Below, piece after piece: positions 1 to 12,575 of a stretch of 64,000 nucleotides of DNA. The DNA comes from Octopus vulgaris. Lineage: Eukaryota. The stretch spans positions 152,024,001-152,088,000 of the forward strand of contig OX597814.1 of the NCBI GenBank assembly GCA_951406725.2, read 5' to 3'. The notes under the pieces are model-generated. The model was not told where the DNA came from. It worked only from the letters and a program-made list of their open reading frames with translations, and ran no database searches. Numbering within the stretch: position 1 is the first letter of the stretch; every line of letters starts with the position of its first letter. The position numbers and the translations under genes are program-made.

Positions 1-119
1 GTTAATCAAACATGCCTTTATGTTATGATAAAAACTTATTAAGGAAATAATGAGTTTGATAGTTTTCCCTGGTTAGTTATAACATCAAAATAACACAAAA
101 TTCAAGCGACAATACAAAT

Positions 120-490
120 CAATTTGCAGATTCATTCGACAAATGAATATTGCAACCTGAATCGCTACTCCACTGAACAGAAGCTTAGCGATTGATCTAT
201 AGCTACTTACCATTATATAACTAATTATATATGATCACTCGCAAGTAGTGCCATTGCTGAAGACATGTTGTTCGAAGAGCGTTCGAAGTCACTTACTCGA
301 AGACAGGAAACCTGTATCTATTCAAGATAGCTACATGGCAGATAAGAACACCAAAATATGATGTTCGATATTTGAAACCTGAAAACGATCATAGTATAGA
401 CCAATTGAAGACCATTACTTATGATAGGTTCATGACAAGGCTATCGAAACACGACCAATAGATATCTGTCGATAAAACACTAATCTCAAT
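120..490 (+). pseudogene. Possible highly decayed piggyBac-like transposase fragment
   Basis: Manual translation gives 'LNRYS' and 'RFMTRLSKHDQ*ISVDKTLIS', weakly resembling piggyBac 'TNRYA' and 'LSVDE.MI' motifs; many stops and frameshifts. Confidence 0.25.
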
Positions 491-2696
491 TAATTTGAAA
501 CATAATAATGGTTGATGTGAGTACAAAGACAGTTTTGTGGATAAAAATCTTGCTTTGCAATCAAATAGTTCTTAATTCAATACCATTGCACGGCATTCTG
601 AGTGCCTTCTACCATAGCTTCAAGATGACCATTGCATTGGATTGACTCAGATCTTGTAAGCAAAATAGATTGTATTTAATCTGTATTTCTTTTATATGGA
701 ATCTGGACTTGACAAACTGTCGCTGCTCAAGGATGTTAAGCCTAATACTCTGTTTAACACCATTGGGTGTCTTTAGTTAAGTTTACTGTTATAAACATTC
801 CAGCCAAGCTCCCACTCTTAGAATATGCTATCTGTAATGGTTTCTTCTCCTTTCCTCCATAAGTCTAGGAGGCCCAGAAAATACAATAAAATGTATCCTT
901 TTCTTTTGATGACATTGTACATAACATACAGAGTACCACTCAATTTGAGAAGTATTTGTAATTCGGTCACACTTAACACTCTACGCAGAACGGTTATATT
1001 TATTCATTGACCATGATACATACTTTTAGCAAGTAAAGCTATGGATTACTGGCAGAGTAAGTATTGCTGAGTATATCGAGATAGTAAATATTTCAAATTT
1101 ACAACAAACTGTGGAATAACAGACGTTTTTAGGAAACTTTTATTTAATAGTTCTGGAGAGGTAAGCGTAATCCAACGCTGGGTTAAAACACTACCAGGAT
1201 TAAGTTTCACTGAATGATCCACTTCTTACGGAAATAACGGGGACAAGTTCCTTCGACAAAATTTCCTGTTCTATGAATGTCTGAACGTTAATCCCTTGAA
1301 GATCAGAACCAAGAAGAATGATCTGTAACATTCTTTTTCTCCCACCACACCAGTAATAATTGCGTCCAATATGAAAAATAACACAAAAATATCTGACATA
1401 TGACATATACATTTATAAATGTAAGCTCTAAACTAAAAATTAACCTATAACGTATCAACGCAATATATTATATAGTTTGATGTACCGCAACCAGGGAAGG
1501 TCAAGACAACTTTGGTTTATTGAAGGTTGATTAAATTAGCCTGGCATTTAGTTGTTGTAACAGAAAATATTTGCTTCTTGCGTCAAAACCTTTTTAATAT
1601 CCATCCTTTATGTCACTTAATTAATATTGAACATAAAATACAGAATGTGATGAAACCAGGAAACATTATTTCCTTACATAGGCACAAGACTAAACATGTA
1701 TATTTAAGGGTAATGTTATGTTCGAACATTTACTGGAGGCAATCTTTCAAATTAAGGGAATATAGCTGTCATTTGCACTTATTGGCATCCCCCAAAGGCA
1801 CTAGAATATAATATTTATCAGCTAAAAACTATCAATAAAGGAAATAAACCAAGCAAGCATTTTTAACTTCCTATAGATATTGATCATTTGAACACGCTTA
1901 TGTTTCGATCAAAGCTGCTTATATGCTTAGATGTTTTACATTTATAAACATCAAAGCTTATTCTAAAATAAATATTTATTGCCCAAGGTGTTGTATAGAA
2001 AATCGTTAGCTGCCATTTTGTTTCCATTGAAAATTATCAATGCTATTTATTTATGTTATGCTATTCGTAGAAAGAGTAGACAAACCTAATTGAATTAAAA
2101 TGTAGGTTCGATACTTAAAGCTTCAAATATATTTTTCAATGATGAAATCAAATGTATTTCGATATAGAAGAGCTTATAGTGTAAGTGGACATTATTGCGT
2201 TGTCTGGCTTTGAACACAGAACAAAGCAATAGTATTTGTATGAAATATGCAAATGAGGAAAAGCAAAACTGATGAGTCGATAAAAAAAAATACGGTACTT
2301 AGCTAATCAACTGGTTGCTATGTAGGAATGTAAATGATTGTCATTGAAGTTGACAAAATACACTTCCATTACATGCATGCATATGTGTGTGTGTGTGTGT
2401 GTGTGTGTACACATTGCAGTCACGCTTACTGAAAAACTTGCATATATACATTGATATGTACATATATGTATTTACTGAAACGAAATTTTTTTAAATAAAA
2501 GTTATGTATAGAAAAAAAATTGCAACAGCGGAAGAAAACATAATTTGAACTGAAGTCGTGATTTACATCATTGCTATAAATAGAACATCATCAGTATTTA
2601 CAAGTGACGTAAAACAGTTTAAATGTGATGTGTCTCAATTTTATGAATTTCTAACAAATGTATCGAGACGATGCCACTTTAATTATAATAAATGTC

Positions 2697-3130
2697 GGAT
2701 CTTTTCGGTTTGAACTGCAGTTTTTTCTAGCGGTGTCATATGAAATTGTCACCTATAATTATGACCCTAGTATCGATCTATTGCATTTCAATCTGTTTTA
2801 GGGTTAGTGTTACGGTTAGCGTTAGGGTTAAGGGTGGGGGAAGGGTATCTTTTTCCTTCAGAAATGTAAATAAATCCAATCTGTTTTTTAAACGAGGGAC
2901 ATATTCATACGCCACAGAATGTTTTCACATCAATAGACGTCATTGATTGGTTAAAATTGCAGAAATTGAAGAAAAAAAAACAACAAATATCTTACAAACT
3001 ATAGAAGTTTCTCAATAAAGCCAAGAGAAAAAAATGTTTTATAAACACATTCTACCAGTATACGAAGTTTAAAAGTGTTTAGTTACGTGGAAATTATTTT
3101 TAAAAACGGCCGTTCAAACCGAAAAGATCC
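2697..3130. mobile_element. MITE (434 bp) with GG-terminated TIRs and 8-bp TSD (Merlin- or hAT-like)
   Basis: Left end ggatcttttcggtttgaac is the exact reverse complement of right end gttcaaaccgaaaagatcc; direct repeat taaatgtc at 2689-2696 and 3131-3138. Confidence 0.9.
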
Positions 3131-3183
3131 TAAATGTCCTTTATTTAAATATAAAAGTCATATATTTATGTTTATCCTTTATA

Positions 3184-3356
3184 AGATGGCGAGCTGGCAG
3201 AATGATTAGCGGCATTTTGTTCGTCTTCACATTCTGAGTTCAAATTCCGCCGAGGTCGACTATGCCTTCCATCCTTTCGGGTTCAATAAATTAAGTAACG
3301 GTTGAACACTGAGATCGATGTAATCATTTAGTACCCTTCCCCAAATTTCTGCCAAA
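3184..3356 (+). mobile_element. tRNA-derived SINE family B, diverged copy
   Basis: A-box-like ggcgagctggcagaat, B-box-like gagttcaaattcc, central gcctt(t/c)catcctttcggg motif shared with many copies in the window. Confidence 0.8.
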
Positions 3357-3364
3357 TACTTCAC

Positions 3365-3630
3365 TTCACTGGAGGGATAAAAGTAGAATGGGGTACTATG
3401 GCCTCTTGGCTGAAACAGCTGTAAAATTTTATACTACATTCTATGTTCTACGTTATACATTTTAATAATTACTGATATTTTTATATTTCATAATTTATAT
3501 ATTGTATATGTAAAGTATAGTATGTTATACAAGTATATTGCTATAATTGTCTTTTTTAAAAAATAAATAGACATAATATGTCTATAAGTTGATGAATACC
3601 AACTCTTGATTCCCTCCATTTTCTTATTGC
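3365..3630 (+). mobile_element. Putative Penelope-like element 3' end, related to 9167-9327
   Basis: 3490-3630 aligns by eye with 9175-9327 (atgtcta.aagttg.tgaa..acc...ccctccattttct.attgc); both end at a TA run; hammerhead right half gaaacagctgta near 3412-3423. Confidence 0.5.
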
Positions 3631-3647
3631 TATATATATGTATATAA

Positions 3648-4055
3648 GCGCAGGAGTGGCTGTGTGGTAAGTAGCTTGCTAACCAACCACATGGTTCCGG
3701 GTTCAGTCCCACTGCGTGGCATCTTGGGCAAGTGTCTTCTGCTATAGCCCCGGGCCGACCAATGCCTTGTGAGTGGATTTGGTAGACGGAAACTGAAAGA
3801 AGCCTGTCGTATATATGTATATATATATATATGTGTGTTTGTGTGTTTGTGTTTGTCCCCCCAACATCGCTTGACAACCGATGCTGGTGTGTTTATGTCC
3901 CCGTAACTTAGCGGTTCGGCAAAAAGAGACCGATAGAATAAGTACTGGGCTTACAAAGAATAAGTCCCGGGGTCGATTTGCTCGACTAAAGGCGGTGCTC
4001 CAGCATGGCCGCAGTCAAATGACTGAAACAAGTAAAAGAGTAAAGAGAAAAGAGA

Positions 4056-4056
<1 letters not shown>
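3648..4056 (+). mobile_element. tRNA-derived CORE-type SINE family A, near full length
   Basis: A box tggctgtgtgg, B box ggttcagtccc, CORE-like cttgggcaagtgtctt, internal (TA/TG)n, tail ggcggtgctccagcatggccgcagtc...gaaacaagtaaaagag. Confidence 0.85.
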
Positions 4057-4108
<52 letters not shown>

Positions 4109-5201
4109 CACACACATACGTGTGTATGTATGAATACATACATATATATATATTGATAATTTAATGTTTGTTTTTATGCATTGTTAGTTATAAAACAGTC
4201 AACTAGTAATTAAAGGATCACTAAGTACAAAATATATTTGAAGCTTTAACTATCGAACCTACACAAGAAAAAGGTTGGCAGTGACTACAAAGTTTCGGTT
4301 CAGTTGACTTCATCAGATAGTCTGAAGAAAGCAACTAAGCAAAAGTTATCAAACTGACACACATATTTATAACATTTATATGTATATATGTGTGCGTATA
4401 TATATATGTACATATGTGTGCATATGTACGTACGAGTGCGCGCGCGCGAGTATGTTTGTGTAACACACAAGCTTCCATTCATGCATTTTTGGTTCTTTGA
4501 TTAGATAGATTTGGAAAAAAAATCTATTTATGTATTGAAGTGCTCATATATATCTTTTAACGGCATAACTGGTTAGTACAGTCAGTGTAAGTGCTATATT
4601 TCCGGAACTTTCACCCATTCATTCAGCCATTTTCCTATTAGCGATAATAAAGTTGCGTATCAGTGTGTTAATGTAGGGGTGGATAGAAATCAATATGTGC
4701 GTATGTGAGTATATGTGCATGCGTGTATCTGTGTTTGTGTGTGCATATTTGTGTGTGTGTGTGCGTGGTTAATATCTTTCCTGAACTTTCACTCACACAA
4801 ACAACCAATTTCTATTAGTAGTACTAAAGTAGTGTTACTGAGAGTGGATAGACATTTTACATATATATACATGCATTGATACCTACATACATTCTTACAC
4901 ACACACGTACATATATGCGTATGCATATACACATGCATATATTTATATATATATATCTAAATATTAAATGAATAACAACATACGATGGATAATTGTCTGC
5001 TCATTACATTTGTTTCTTAAGTAACTTTTAATTGAAGAATGAGAACATTACATCATTATAAAAGACCGTAATCATCAGATGAGAAGTAATTTTACAAAAT
5101 ATAGGATTTTTCTACCTACTTAATAATCTTTGCAACCAAGTGAATAATTTCTGCAAACAATTTTATAATAAAAATTTATATAAAAAGAATTGAAAAAAAA
5201 T

Positions 5202-6257
5202 TTATTCAAGAATTATTTCTCGCTTTGCAGAACGTATTAGATACCCCAACATTTTTCTGTAAAAGGCCCCACAGTGTTCGGTTGTTATTCCCCCAAACTT
5301 ATTTTCAATAAACGCCCTAAGATCTACTTCATTAATAGCACCTCCCCTTATCACCAAATTCTTCCAAACAGAGAAAATATTCTCTAATGGGCTGAGGAAA
5401 GGGGAATATGGTGGAAGATACCTAAAGTTATATGTAGCTATTTCCAAATCTTCAGACAACTCCTTGTAGTGATTAATTCTGGCATTATCCATAATAAATA
5501 CTGGATTTTTTTCGAAACAAGCTGCCTTCAACTCTTAGAGAGATCTCTTAAAATCTTCACCATTTACTGCCCTCTCATGGAATTTACGGTATATCATACC
5601 ATTTTTATTCATGCCGCTACGACAGAAATGTTTCTACTTCGCGCAGCAAGTACAGATACATATACTGATTGTCCACTCCTATTACAACCTCTGTTTGGTC
5701 TTGTTACCACCGAAAACACTACTTCATCTAAAAAGACAAAGTTCTTATCATCATAATCCGCTTCAAGATTTCGATAAGCAGTGATATATGCCTCCATGAC
5801 TTCACTTGTGCTTTGACAATTTCTTCGCTCAGGAACGAGCCTGACCCTTTTAAAAGTATAATGAAACTGACGAAGGTTTCTCTCAATAGTACTTATTGTT
5901 ACTTGAACGTCTCCAAGACCTATTTAGAAAAGTTCTTTTTTAAAGTGCTGGTACAATTTTAGCCTACAAAGACAAAAAATTGCTCTTTAACCTCTGAACT
6001 AAGTTTAGAACATCTATCGCCTCCGCGCTTCAAATGGAGTATAGCACCAGTTTTCAGGTATCGTTTTAAATACTGTTAACTGCGTGGTACTTTTTCCCAT
6101 ACATTGAAGCTATATTGGAAACTGAATAGCCCTCCAATGTTTTTGGCACAATTCTCTGTCTGTTATCATTGCAAACTGGTGTTCTCCGATTTTGGGGTTG
6201 TAACTCTGTTATAGGTATTGGATTTTCAATCGCATCGGCGGGATCATAAACACTCAT
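5202..6257 (-). pseudogene. Tc1/IS630-like DD34E transposase pseudogene
   Basis: Fragments contain 'FVFLDE', 'FIMDNARIN' and 'LPPYSPFLSPLE' (34 aa between second D and E) plus an N-terminal HTH-like 'GYSVSNIASMYG'; broken by stops and frameshifts. Confidence 0.9.
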
Positions 6258-7239
6258 AGCAGCAGGGTCATCAGCAACAGGTGGGGGATGCCGCAACGCA
6301 CTCACACTAACAATTAAATATACATATTTAATTAAATATACATATTTGTGTATATGAAAGTGGTGGGTGTTTGTGTATAATTTTTTAATCCGGAAAAGAT
6401 TGATGTTACTTCGAAGTTTCCGCTGTTTAGTATGACTTCCATGAATGCTACATACATCCCTGTATGCGCAGATACATACACAAACACACACACACGTATA
6501 CACAAACACATGTCCACACACATACACGCACATATGTATCCATATATAACTATAACTCTTTTCTGATCACCAAAACATATTTCTAGATATGAATATGCAA
6601 GTAGGTAAAAGTGATTTATATTCTTTCCTGTGAAAATAATGGAATATTCTGATGGAAGAAAATGCTTAACCAGGCATCATAAACCAAGCTAAAAAAGAAG
6701 AAAAAAACAATAAACGAATATTTTTACGATGCCATTCTCAAACTATTTGCCATTAATAATTTTCTAAAAAGGCAAAGAAAATTGCTCGGGTTAACGCTTT
6801 ATTATTCAAGTAATACTTTCATATAAATTAAATACGAGGAAGTTAATAGTTTCATACTACCGCAAAACGTTTATACGAAAAAGATCATGCTAATACGTGA
6901 ATATAGAAAAAAAGTCAAATACCCGTCACTCGCAAGCAAGTATGATTTAGTAGCGTGTACTATGCTGGCGCTCACTGTTTTGGTTTGTAGTCACAAGATA
7001 TAGACAACTCGATCCATTGACTCTAGCTGAGATAGCTAGGAGAAAGGGCTGCATCAATCCTTAGCTAAGTTGACAGGAACAACAGGAAATGAAGTGTCTT
7101 GCCTAAGGGCACAATGCACTGCTCAGTACAGGAATTAGAATACCTAGGAAAACTACTTAATTTCATATTTTGCCACAAAACACAATGGATAACCAAGTAT
7201 TAGTTATGAACCAACGCAGGAGCATCTATGCAGTTATGC

Positions 7240-8015
7240 AATCATCTAGAAATAGCACCCTGATCCAACCCACACGCTACTGCTTTAATGTATATAGGAC
7301 ACATTAAGGAGTATAGATCTAGATGTACAAAAATTACCTGGTTGACTTCCATCATAGGAAGCAAGAGTGCTTCACTTCAAGTGTTTGTCCTTGCGGGCGT
7401 TTGCATCCCGTGCAGAACAAACATAGCACTCTCTTTCAGGGCCGTTCGACTGTGAAAGTAGAAACAACTGCCAAATCTTCCTCACATCGCATCCAACTTT
7501 CTTAAAAAGAAAATAATGCAGTCGATGATAAAGTTCTGGATGCATTATGGATAAAGAAGTCCTCGGGATGGTCATGAACAGCTTTCATAATGGTTCTGCT
7601 CTATCAGGTCTGACGGGGCTAAGCAACAGCAACACACCCTCTTGCTTCTTTGCTATTTTATCGGATGCTTTGTTGTTCCTCACCCATATCTCACTACCCA
7701 CATTCCTCTCGGCGCTGATCAACCGCTCTTTCTCCACTTACCTCATACGCCCCATCTCTCATTTACATCTCAATTCCTTCCTCATCTACCCCATATCTCG
7801 GGCCAAACATTATATTAATTTATAATTCACTTCTGCGGTTATTACTTTAACACAACAATCCAATATTGCTACACCCAAACTGAGGGTTTGCTGATCTAAA
7901 TGTCAATTTTTTTCCAGCTCCCCTTTCGATTTACTAGTTATACATACACAGAAGGGATTGCCACAGTTAGAATGTCTATGATTATATGTCATCTCAATCA
8001 GGGCTGACCTGGAGC
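7240..8015 (+). repeat. Cluster of fragments of an unclassified dispersed repeat (motif tcagggctgacc(t)ggggctaaacaacaac)
   Basis: Related motifs recur near 13190-13370(-), 15050-15230(-), 27640-27760(-), 39290-39430(-), 55370-55500(+) and 55685-55845(+). Confidence 0.5.
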
Positions 8016-8195
8016 TCTATTATCATTTGGTGTCAATGAAAATGCTAGACATTGGGGCTACAGATTTTGTTGTGAATATGAGATGGCCAGGCGTAATAAC
8101 CAGAGAGGATTGAGTCCTAGAATTTGCAACGACTTAGAGGAGTATAATTTCACAGTGTTTAAAACTAGTGAGTATGTTGTATGAAACTAATTCTT

Positions 8196-8257
<62 letters not shown>

Positions 8258-8284
8258 ATACATACATATAATATATATATAGTG

Positions 8285-8800
8285 ATTGTGATTTTGTAGG
8301 AGACATGATTGTCATGTCCCCATTCGATAATATTTTCGAAATTTCTGTTCAAGGGGCCAGCAAAGTGAGGTGTTTAGGTTGCATGTGCATGACATCTGTA
8401 CTCAAAAGGCTAAAGGTAAGCGAATATTGTTATCATTAGCATTAGGTGTGCTTTATTGGGGGTGACATTAAGTGTGCAGGGACTTGGTCGAATCTCGGAC
8501 ACACCTGATTTGATAGAACGTGGCTCAGAGTGAGATCCATCAAAGATAGTGAAGCAGTTTTGCGTGGAGATTTTCGAATTAGACATATTTAAATTATTTG
8601 CTAGTATCAAGTTCAGTGTATGGAACCAGTAGGGCGTGAAAAGAGTATACTTCTAGTACTAGCAAAACGGATTCGCGTTACGGAATCTGCATGATTAGTA
8701 CTTGCGCACGGTGAGAAACTCGAAGCTTTGAAGAAATTACTACTGTCTTTGAGATGTTGGAATCGATATTGATACTTCAATAGTTGTCAGGGTAAAAAAA
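8285..8800 (-). mobile_element. CR1/L2-type LINE reverse transcriptase remnant
   Basis: 'FDGSHSEPRSIKSGVS' resembles 'DG..S....SGVPQG'; decayed YADD ('NAND'); 'LNRNFENIIEWGHDNHVSY' resembles 'LNSDL..I..WG..N.V.FN'. Confidence 0.65.
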
Positions 8801-8869
8801 AAGATATCCTTCTTAGGAGTGAGTTGCGCTTTATCATTTTTTCAAACTTATGTAGACAGTGTAGTTATG

Positions 8870-9063
8870 AGTGTGTGTGCATGTATGTATGTATGTATGT
8901 ATGTTTGTATGTATGTATGTATGTATGTATGTATGTATGTATGTATGTATGCATGCATGCATGCATGTATGTATGTATGCATGCATGCATGTATGTATGT
9001 ATGCGTGTATGTATGTATGTATGCATGCATGCATGTATGTATGTATGCGTGTATGTATGTATG

Positions 9064-9107
<44 letters not shown>
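8870..9107. repeat. (ATGT/ATGC)n followed by (TA)n microsatellite
   Basis: Direct inspection. Confidence 0.95.
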
Positions 9108-9108
<1 letters not shown>

Positions 9109-9327
9109 CAATAGGAATATGAAGGGGATCAATAGGTGGTTCATCAACTTTTAGACATTATATTATATATATTAATATATTTTATATCTTATATGTAAAG
9201 CATGATATGTTATACATGTATGTATATTATTGTAATTGTCAGTTTAGTAAATAAATAAATAAGTTAACATAATATAATGTCTAAAAGTTGCTGAACCACC
9301 TAATAATCCCCTCCATTTTCTCATTGC
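9108..9327 (+). mobile_element. Fold-back element end, putative 5'-truncated PLE with inverted terminal copy
   Basis: 9108-9166 is an imperfect reverse complement of 9269-9327; flanked by TA repeats; body shared with 3490-3630. Confidence 0.6.
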
Positions 9328-9502
9328 AATATAAATTAATGGTAAAATATCTCTTTACCCTCACCCATTTAGTACACCCGGTAATATAATTTCAATGCAA
9401 TAAAAAACACTTGTGTATTAATAATTGGGTATTCTACCAGCCGTATATTGGATAGATATTATCCCTTAGTTGGTTGGATTCACAACCTCTAACTTTCTTG
9501 GA

Positions 9503-9561
<59 letters not shown>

Positions 9562-9564
<3 letters not shown>

Positions 9565-9900
9565 CCTGCCTTTTCGTATACGAGCACAGCTATTGCTAGA
9601 AAGAATGACTGAAATGAGTCACTGTTGATGCAATGTGAGTCCCTTGTATGACGCTTGAGCCCGGGGAAGAATTTGCACATTCTATTGCATAATGCACAGC
9701 TGTTCTGGCTGGCAGAAGGAACAGCTGCCCCAGTATGAACTCTTTTGACACGCGTTTTCGATCCTTCAACTGAGTGGCACACCTTTCCATAGGTTGGACA
9801 TGTTTTCTTGTGAACAATAGCCATATCACAATTCATATATTTCCATCTTTGAATTTCTCTGCATAAAGATCTGAAATGTAAGATCTTCTCTACCATGATG
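9562..9900 (-). mobile_element. RTE-type LINE 3' end with C-terminal zinc-finger remnants
   Basis: ORF 9489-9896(-) includes 'CPTYGKVC...RVH' and 'CALCNRMCK...GLKRH'; runs into a (TA)n tail. Confidence 0.65.
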
Positions 9901-10049
9901 ACGGAGGCTCGTTTTATCCCATGTTGGTTGCATTCATTACGGTTGTATATGGATATCTACTAACATTATCATGGATCTCTGAGCCCCTAGAGAGAGCTGT
10001 TGAACTTATAACACCTTTCTTTCATTCTTTTAATTTTCTCTGTCGTTTG

Positions 10050-10385
10050 TACTCTGTGTAAGTTGGATCTATTAATATAAATGTCTATATATTTGTGCTT
10101 AAACATTCATCGTCTCAAAGTCTCCATCTTTTTGCTTTTCCTCGTTTTTCATGTATACATATATACATATTTTATGTTTCATACCCAAACTATTATATTA
10201 TATTTAATATATCTAATTTGCTTAATCCGCATAGTTACCTCTGCTCAATTTGATCTCTCTTATAGCCACCCTTTACCCTGTGGAATCGATCTTCTGTAAA
10301 GACTTCGGAGTTTAAGCATGAATTATTTTGAGCACTACTAAGTGTGTCTTCTGTACTGAGAATCTCTGGATCTCATTTGTGGACT
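10050..10385 (+). repeat. Dispersed repeat shared with 20721-21205, ending at (ATGT)n
   Basis: tcatcgtct.aaa.tct...ttgcttt and actaagtgt...gagaatct.tggatc.cat.tgt are common to both loci. Confidence 0.7.
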
Positions 10386-10984
10386 ATGTATGTATGTATG
10401 TATGTATGTATGTATGTATGTATGTATGTATGTATGTATGTATGTATGTATGTATGTATGTATGCATGTATGTATACACATATACATACACACACACATA
10501 TATATACACATACATACACAGATTTTTCATATACATGTTTATATATATTCATATATATATATATATATATATCTATGTACATATGTATATATATATGCAC
10601 ACATACATACATATGTATGTATATTTGTGTGTTTGTGTGTATATGTGTACCTCTGTGTCTGTGTACATACGTGTACTCAGAAAGAAAGGGGAGAGAAAGA
10701 GAGAGAAAGAAAGAGAGAGAGAGAGATTATTTACTTCCATTAATGGTTGAATGATTTCGAAACTCAAAGTATATTATTTTCTAGCATAATATAGGAGATA
10801 GTTATCAAAGATAATATATATATATACACGTCAATAGGGTGACAAAAATATAGGTGGATTACTTTGAATGTGGTCTATGTAATGTATGCTTTTTCCGATA
10901 CTGCTGACAAAATAATCACAGTTATTGAGATAGGTTACTTCGAGGTGTGGGGAGAGAGAGACACAGAGACAGAAGGAGCGAGCG

Positions 10985-11026
<42 letters not shown>

Positions 11027-11403
11027 GGAAGGAGAGAGAGAGAGATACAGATACGGACAGACATACAGACAGAAAAATAGAGAGAGGGAGACTGAGAGAG
11101 ACAGAGAGAAGAGTATGTGAATGGAATAGGGTCCTAAGAAAACTATTTTCAAATGTAACAGATGAGAAATCTTTTCTCGCAGCAATAAAAATAACAAACT
11201 GTTAAATACAGCATGTCTAGACTATCGCACTGAGATCATACAATTAATCACTTTATGTGGAAACGTTGAGTATAATCTTCAGCTAAGTAGAAGCATAACA
11301 CTTTTGAAGTGATTAGTTTGTGAACTGCAACTAGCTGTTCGGCTCACAACCTTTGTTCTAGAGGTCTGCTCGATCAGATCTGATCTGAGAGCTAGACAAC
11401 TTT

Positions 11404-11708
11404 CTTTTTGCCATTTACTTGTTTCATTCATTGTACTGCGGCCATGCTGGGACACTGCTTTGAAGGGTTTACTTGAACAAACCGACCCTGACATATATTC
11501 TTAAGTCTAGTACTTATACAGCCGGTCTCTTTTGCCGAACTGATAATGTATAGGAACGTAAACAAGCTAACACCGGTTAACAAGTTGTGGTGATGGACAA
11601 ATACAAATACGCACACATATATACATGATGGGCTTCCACACAATTTCCGCTAACCAGATTCACTCACAAGGCATTGGTCGGTCCGGAGCTATAGTAGAAG
11701 TCACTTGT
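11404..11708 (-). mobile_element. SINE family A copy
   Basis: Reverse complement of 3730-4045 motifs (ctgcggccatgctgg; cactcacaaggcattggtcgg). Confidence 0.8.
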
Positions 11709-12239
11709 CAGATTACAGTTGTTACATATGCATTTTTTTTTTATAGAAAGCAGAAATGAGTAAATTGACCTATACTTGACAAGTACTGATTTTCTCGAAC
11801 CTAGAAAAAGAAAGATATAAAAAGAAAGATATAAATGAAGAACGATATTCAGTAAGTTACTCCTTCCGATTTAGAGTTATATGATACTCGACAAACTATA
11901 ATTTTTTTATCATGAATAATATTCCAAGCAGATAAAAAATGGTTCTAATTTCAAAATGTGAAAGAGGAACAAGATCATCATTGACACTGATACTGGACGA
12001 ACTTATTGTTGGATTAACCAATGACGTGTGTTTTATCTCTTTATGGTGTACTTTGAATTTACTTTAAAGAATGCGTAAGTGTTGTAGAGCTGTAAGCAAG
12101 TTCGTTGTGGCGAGTCGAGTTTTATTGATGGCTGAATCTAGTGCTTTACGATGTATCTGCCCTTGAAACTTGTACGTAAAAGTCCAATTTCCTTTCCCCG
12201 TAAATGCAAAATTTTGTGGTTCGTGTACAGGGGAATTTT

Positions 12240-12575
12240 ATAAGTTTCTTCCAAAGATCATCGAACTAATGACGGGGTGTTACAACAAATAGATGAAAGG
12301 CGACAATTGCTGAATATCGTGAATAACAAAAGCTCATCTATTATGGCTATGCTCAAAGAAGCAGAGTTTTGGAAAACATCATCGTGAAAGGAAGAGTAGA
12401 AGGCAGCAGAGGGAGTAGATCAAGAGGCAGGCATAGAACGCAATGGATGGAGAACATCAAGATCTGGATGGACAATAATGGCAAGGCAACAGGAAAGATT
12501 GCGCTTAGCCGGGAAGACTTTCGTTGTTGAGCCATCAATACACCGCAGGAGTACGATACATGACGACAACGACGG
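12240..12575 (+). mobile_element. RTE-clade LINE 3' end
   Basis: Translates 'DHRTNDGVLQQIDERRQLLNIV...LENIIVKGRVEGSRGSRSRGRHRTQWMENIKIW', typical of an RTE C-terminus; short gac-repeat tail. Confidence 0.8.

Noticed and set aside
2269-2290. CTGATGA hammerhead core (also near 32678 and 36002)
   Set aside because: No stem II plus GAAA, or stems I and III, downstream.
3648-3720. tRNA gene-like A/B boxes (also in SINE B and C heads)
   Set aside because: No cloverleaf; they are SINE heads followed by SINE bodies.
8819-9154. Many 60-160 aa ORFs such as MYVCMYVC, YIYIYI, RERERE and HTHTHT throughout the window
   Set aside because: Translations of microsatellites that lack stop codons.
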